63,193 nucleotides of DNA from Rhynchobatus australiae. Taxonomy: Eukaryota. The stretch covers positions 24,717,063 through 24,780,255 of the forward strand of contig JAUZTB010000048.1 of the NCBI GenBank assembly GCA_034780895.1, in the 5' to 3' direction. Within the stretch, counting starts at the first letter, position 1. Each line of letters begins with the position of its first letter. Made by a program: the position numbers and the translations under genes. Shown here piece after piece: positions 61,856 through 63,193 of this stretch. The notes under the pieces are model-generated. The model was not told the origin of the DNA, made no database searches, and worked only from the letters and a program-made list of their open reading frames with translations.

Positions 61856-63193
61856 TTTTGCAAGTCTTAAATGCCTTTATAAATTAACAAAAATAGTTAT
61901 CATAATAAATGACAAGATATAGGTAACATGCACTTTTTAAAAAATATATTAAACTAGTGGGCCTCCTGTAGCATTAATCACAATAAATGTATTAAACACA
62001 CAATCTATTAATCTCTTGCTAGGAAATTATCTGTGCCTATCTACACTACAATATATGAGGCACAAGATCTAACTNNNNNNNNNNNNNNNNNNNNNNNNNN
62101 NNNNNNNNNNNNNNNNNNNNNNNNGTACAATGCAAATACATTTCGTAACTTGGTTCTATTATTACTTACATTAAAAAAAACTCATTAAAATTAGCATTCT
62201 AAACATTCCACACTTTGGATATTCTCCACTCAAGAGTAGGATTGATTACCAGTTACGATCATTATTTCATGTGGCATGTCTTAATATCGCTAGTTCAGAT
62301 CTTTCCAAAATCTTTTAAAAAATTGTTAATTGGCACCATATGTACACAAAGTTTTCCAGCATTTCTTAATTGCCTGCCCATCTTCTAGCTAGCATTAAAG
62401 CTTTAGATGTTATACCTTATTTTTCCCCTATCATTGTCACAATTCAGTCATTGTGCATTAAATATTTGACAGTGTTCCAAATCAGTATAAAATCAAAAAA
62501 AAAATCACCATCCAAGATTTTTTTTCCTCCCACAAAAAATCCAGGTGCAGTAGATGCCAATGGCAGAAAGTACTGTGCAAATTTCTCCTTGGTGTCTTCT
62601 AATCAATTAGTTTATTGATAAAGCATAGAAATGAGAAGCAACTCGTGTATTCTTTTATTGAAGTCTCTTCTATAAAATGTATTAAGGCTTCTAGGAGCTT
62701 GACAGTTGTCTCTTAAAATGTTTTCCAAGAGTAGCATCAATCACAGCTTTTATTTTGTAATACAATTACATTGGATAATATATTCTAACATAGAAACACT
62801 GATATGGAAAAATTCCATGCTATGATTTGGCAAAGGCTGTCAAATCTGAACAAGATCAATGACAAAGAAATGAAAACACTTGAGAGATCCGGAAAGATAT
62901 TGTAATGAAAACCTGATAAAAATAAGGAAAACACAAACTGTCTTGCGTTAAGTGTTGGAAGTACTACATGAAATCAGTTCATAAAGGAAGTCATAATTAG
63001 AGGTACATATCTTAACCTGGTGCTCATAAATGACTTAAACAACAACCAGGAAATGGAAATCATAGCACTCCAGTGGTTAGAGACACAGAATAATCAAGCT
63101 TAACACATTTGGGACTCAAGTCAAGATCCTGGGAAAGGTTAAATTTTAAAAAGAGTTGAAAGAAGATTTAAAATAAATGAATTGAAGGACACT

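Noticed and set aside
1-63193. Prokaryotic-type novel system (CRISPR, defence operon, retron)
   Set aside because: The DNA is vertebrate intron/exon sequence with no operon-like ORF density and no regularly spaced repeat-spacer array.

Overview
Eukaryotic vertebrate genomic DNA from a gappy draft assembly with many N runs. The repeat complement (CR1/HER1-type LINEs, V-SINE/HE1-like and Deu-domain SacSINE1-like SINEs, Penelope-like termini, Harbinger and Tigger relics) points to a cartilaginous fish. The window lies inside a peroxidasin-family gene on the minus strand, most likely the PXDNL paralog. Six canonical GT-AG exons can be read directly: four 72-nt LRR exons (16002-15931, 13671-13600, 12087-12016, 11141-11070), the 170-nt LRR-CT exon (7484-7315) and the 118-nt first-Ig exon (5306-5189). 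They splice in frame to [112 protein letters not shown]...[43 protein letters not shown]. The remaining ~47 kb upstream is apparently intronic and dominated by decayed transposons. The most notable observations are: (1) a frame-preserving candidate extra exon (129 nt, or a nested 9-nt microexon sharing its donor) inside the Ig1 domain at 1597-1469; (2) a perfect DR5 plus NBRE/Sox/homeobox motif cluster at ~50.7 kb; (3) two related young CpG-rich Gypsy LTRs; (4) hammerhead-like cores in Penelope-like termini. No prokaryotic-type system, RNA gene or CRISPR array is supported. Most ORF-track entries are noise or span gaps. Repeat family names come from recalled consensus features rather than a database search, and repeat boundaries are approximate.
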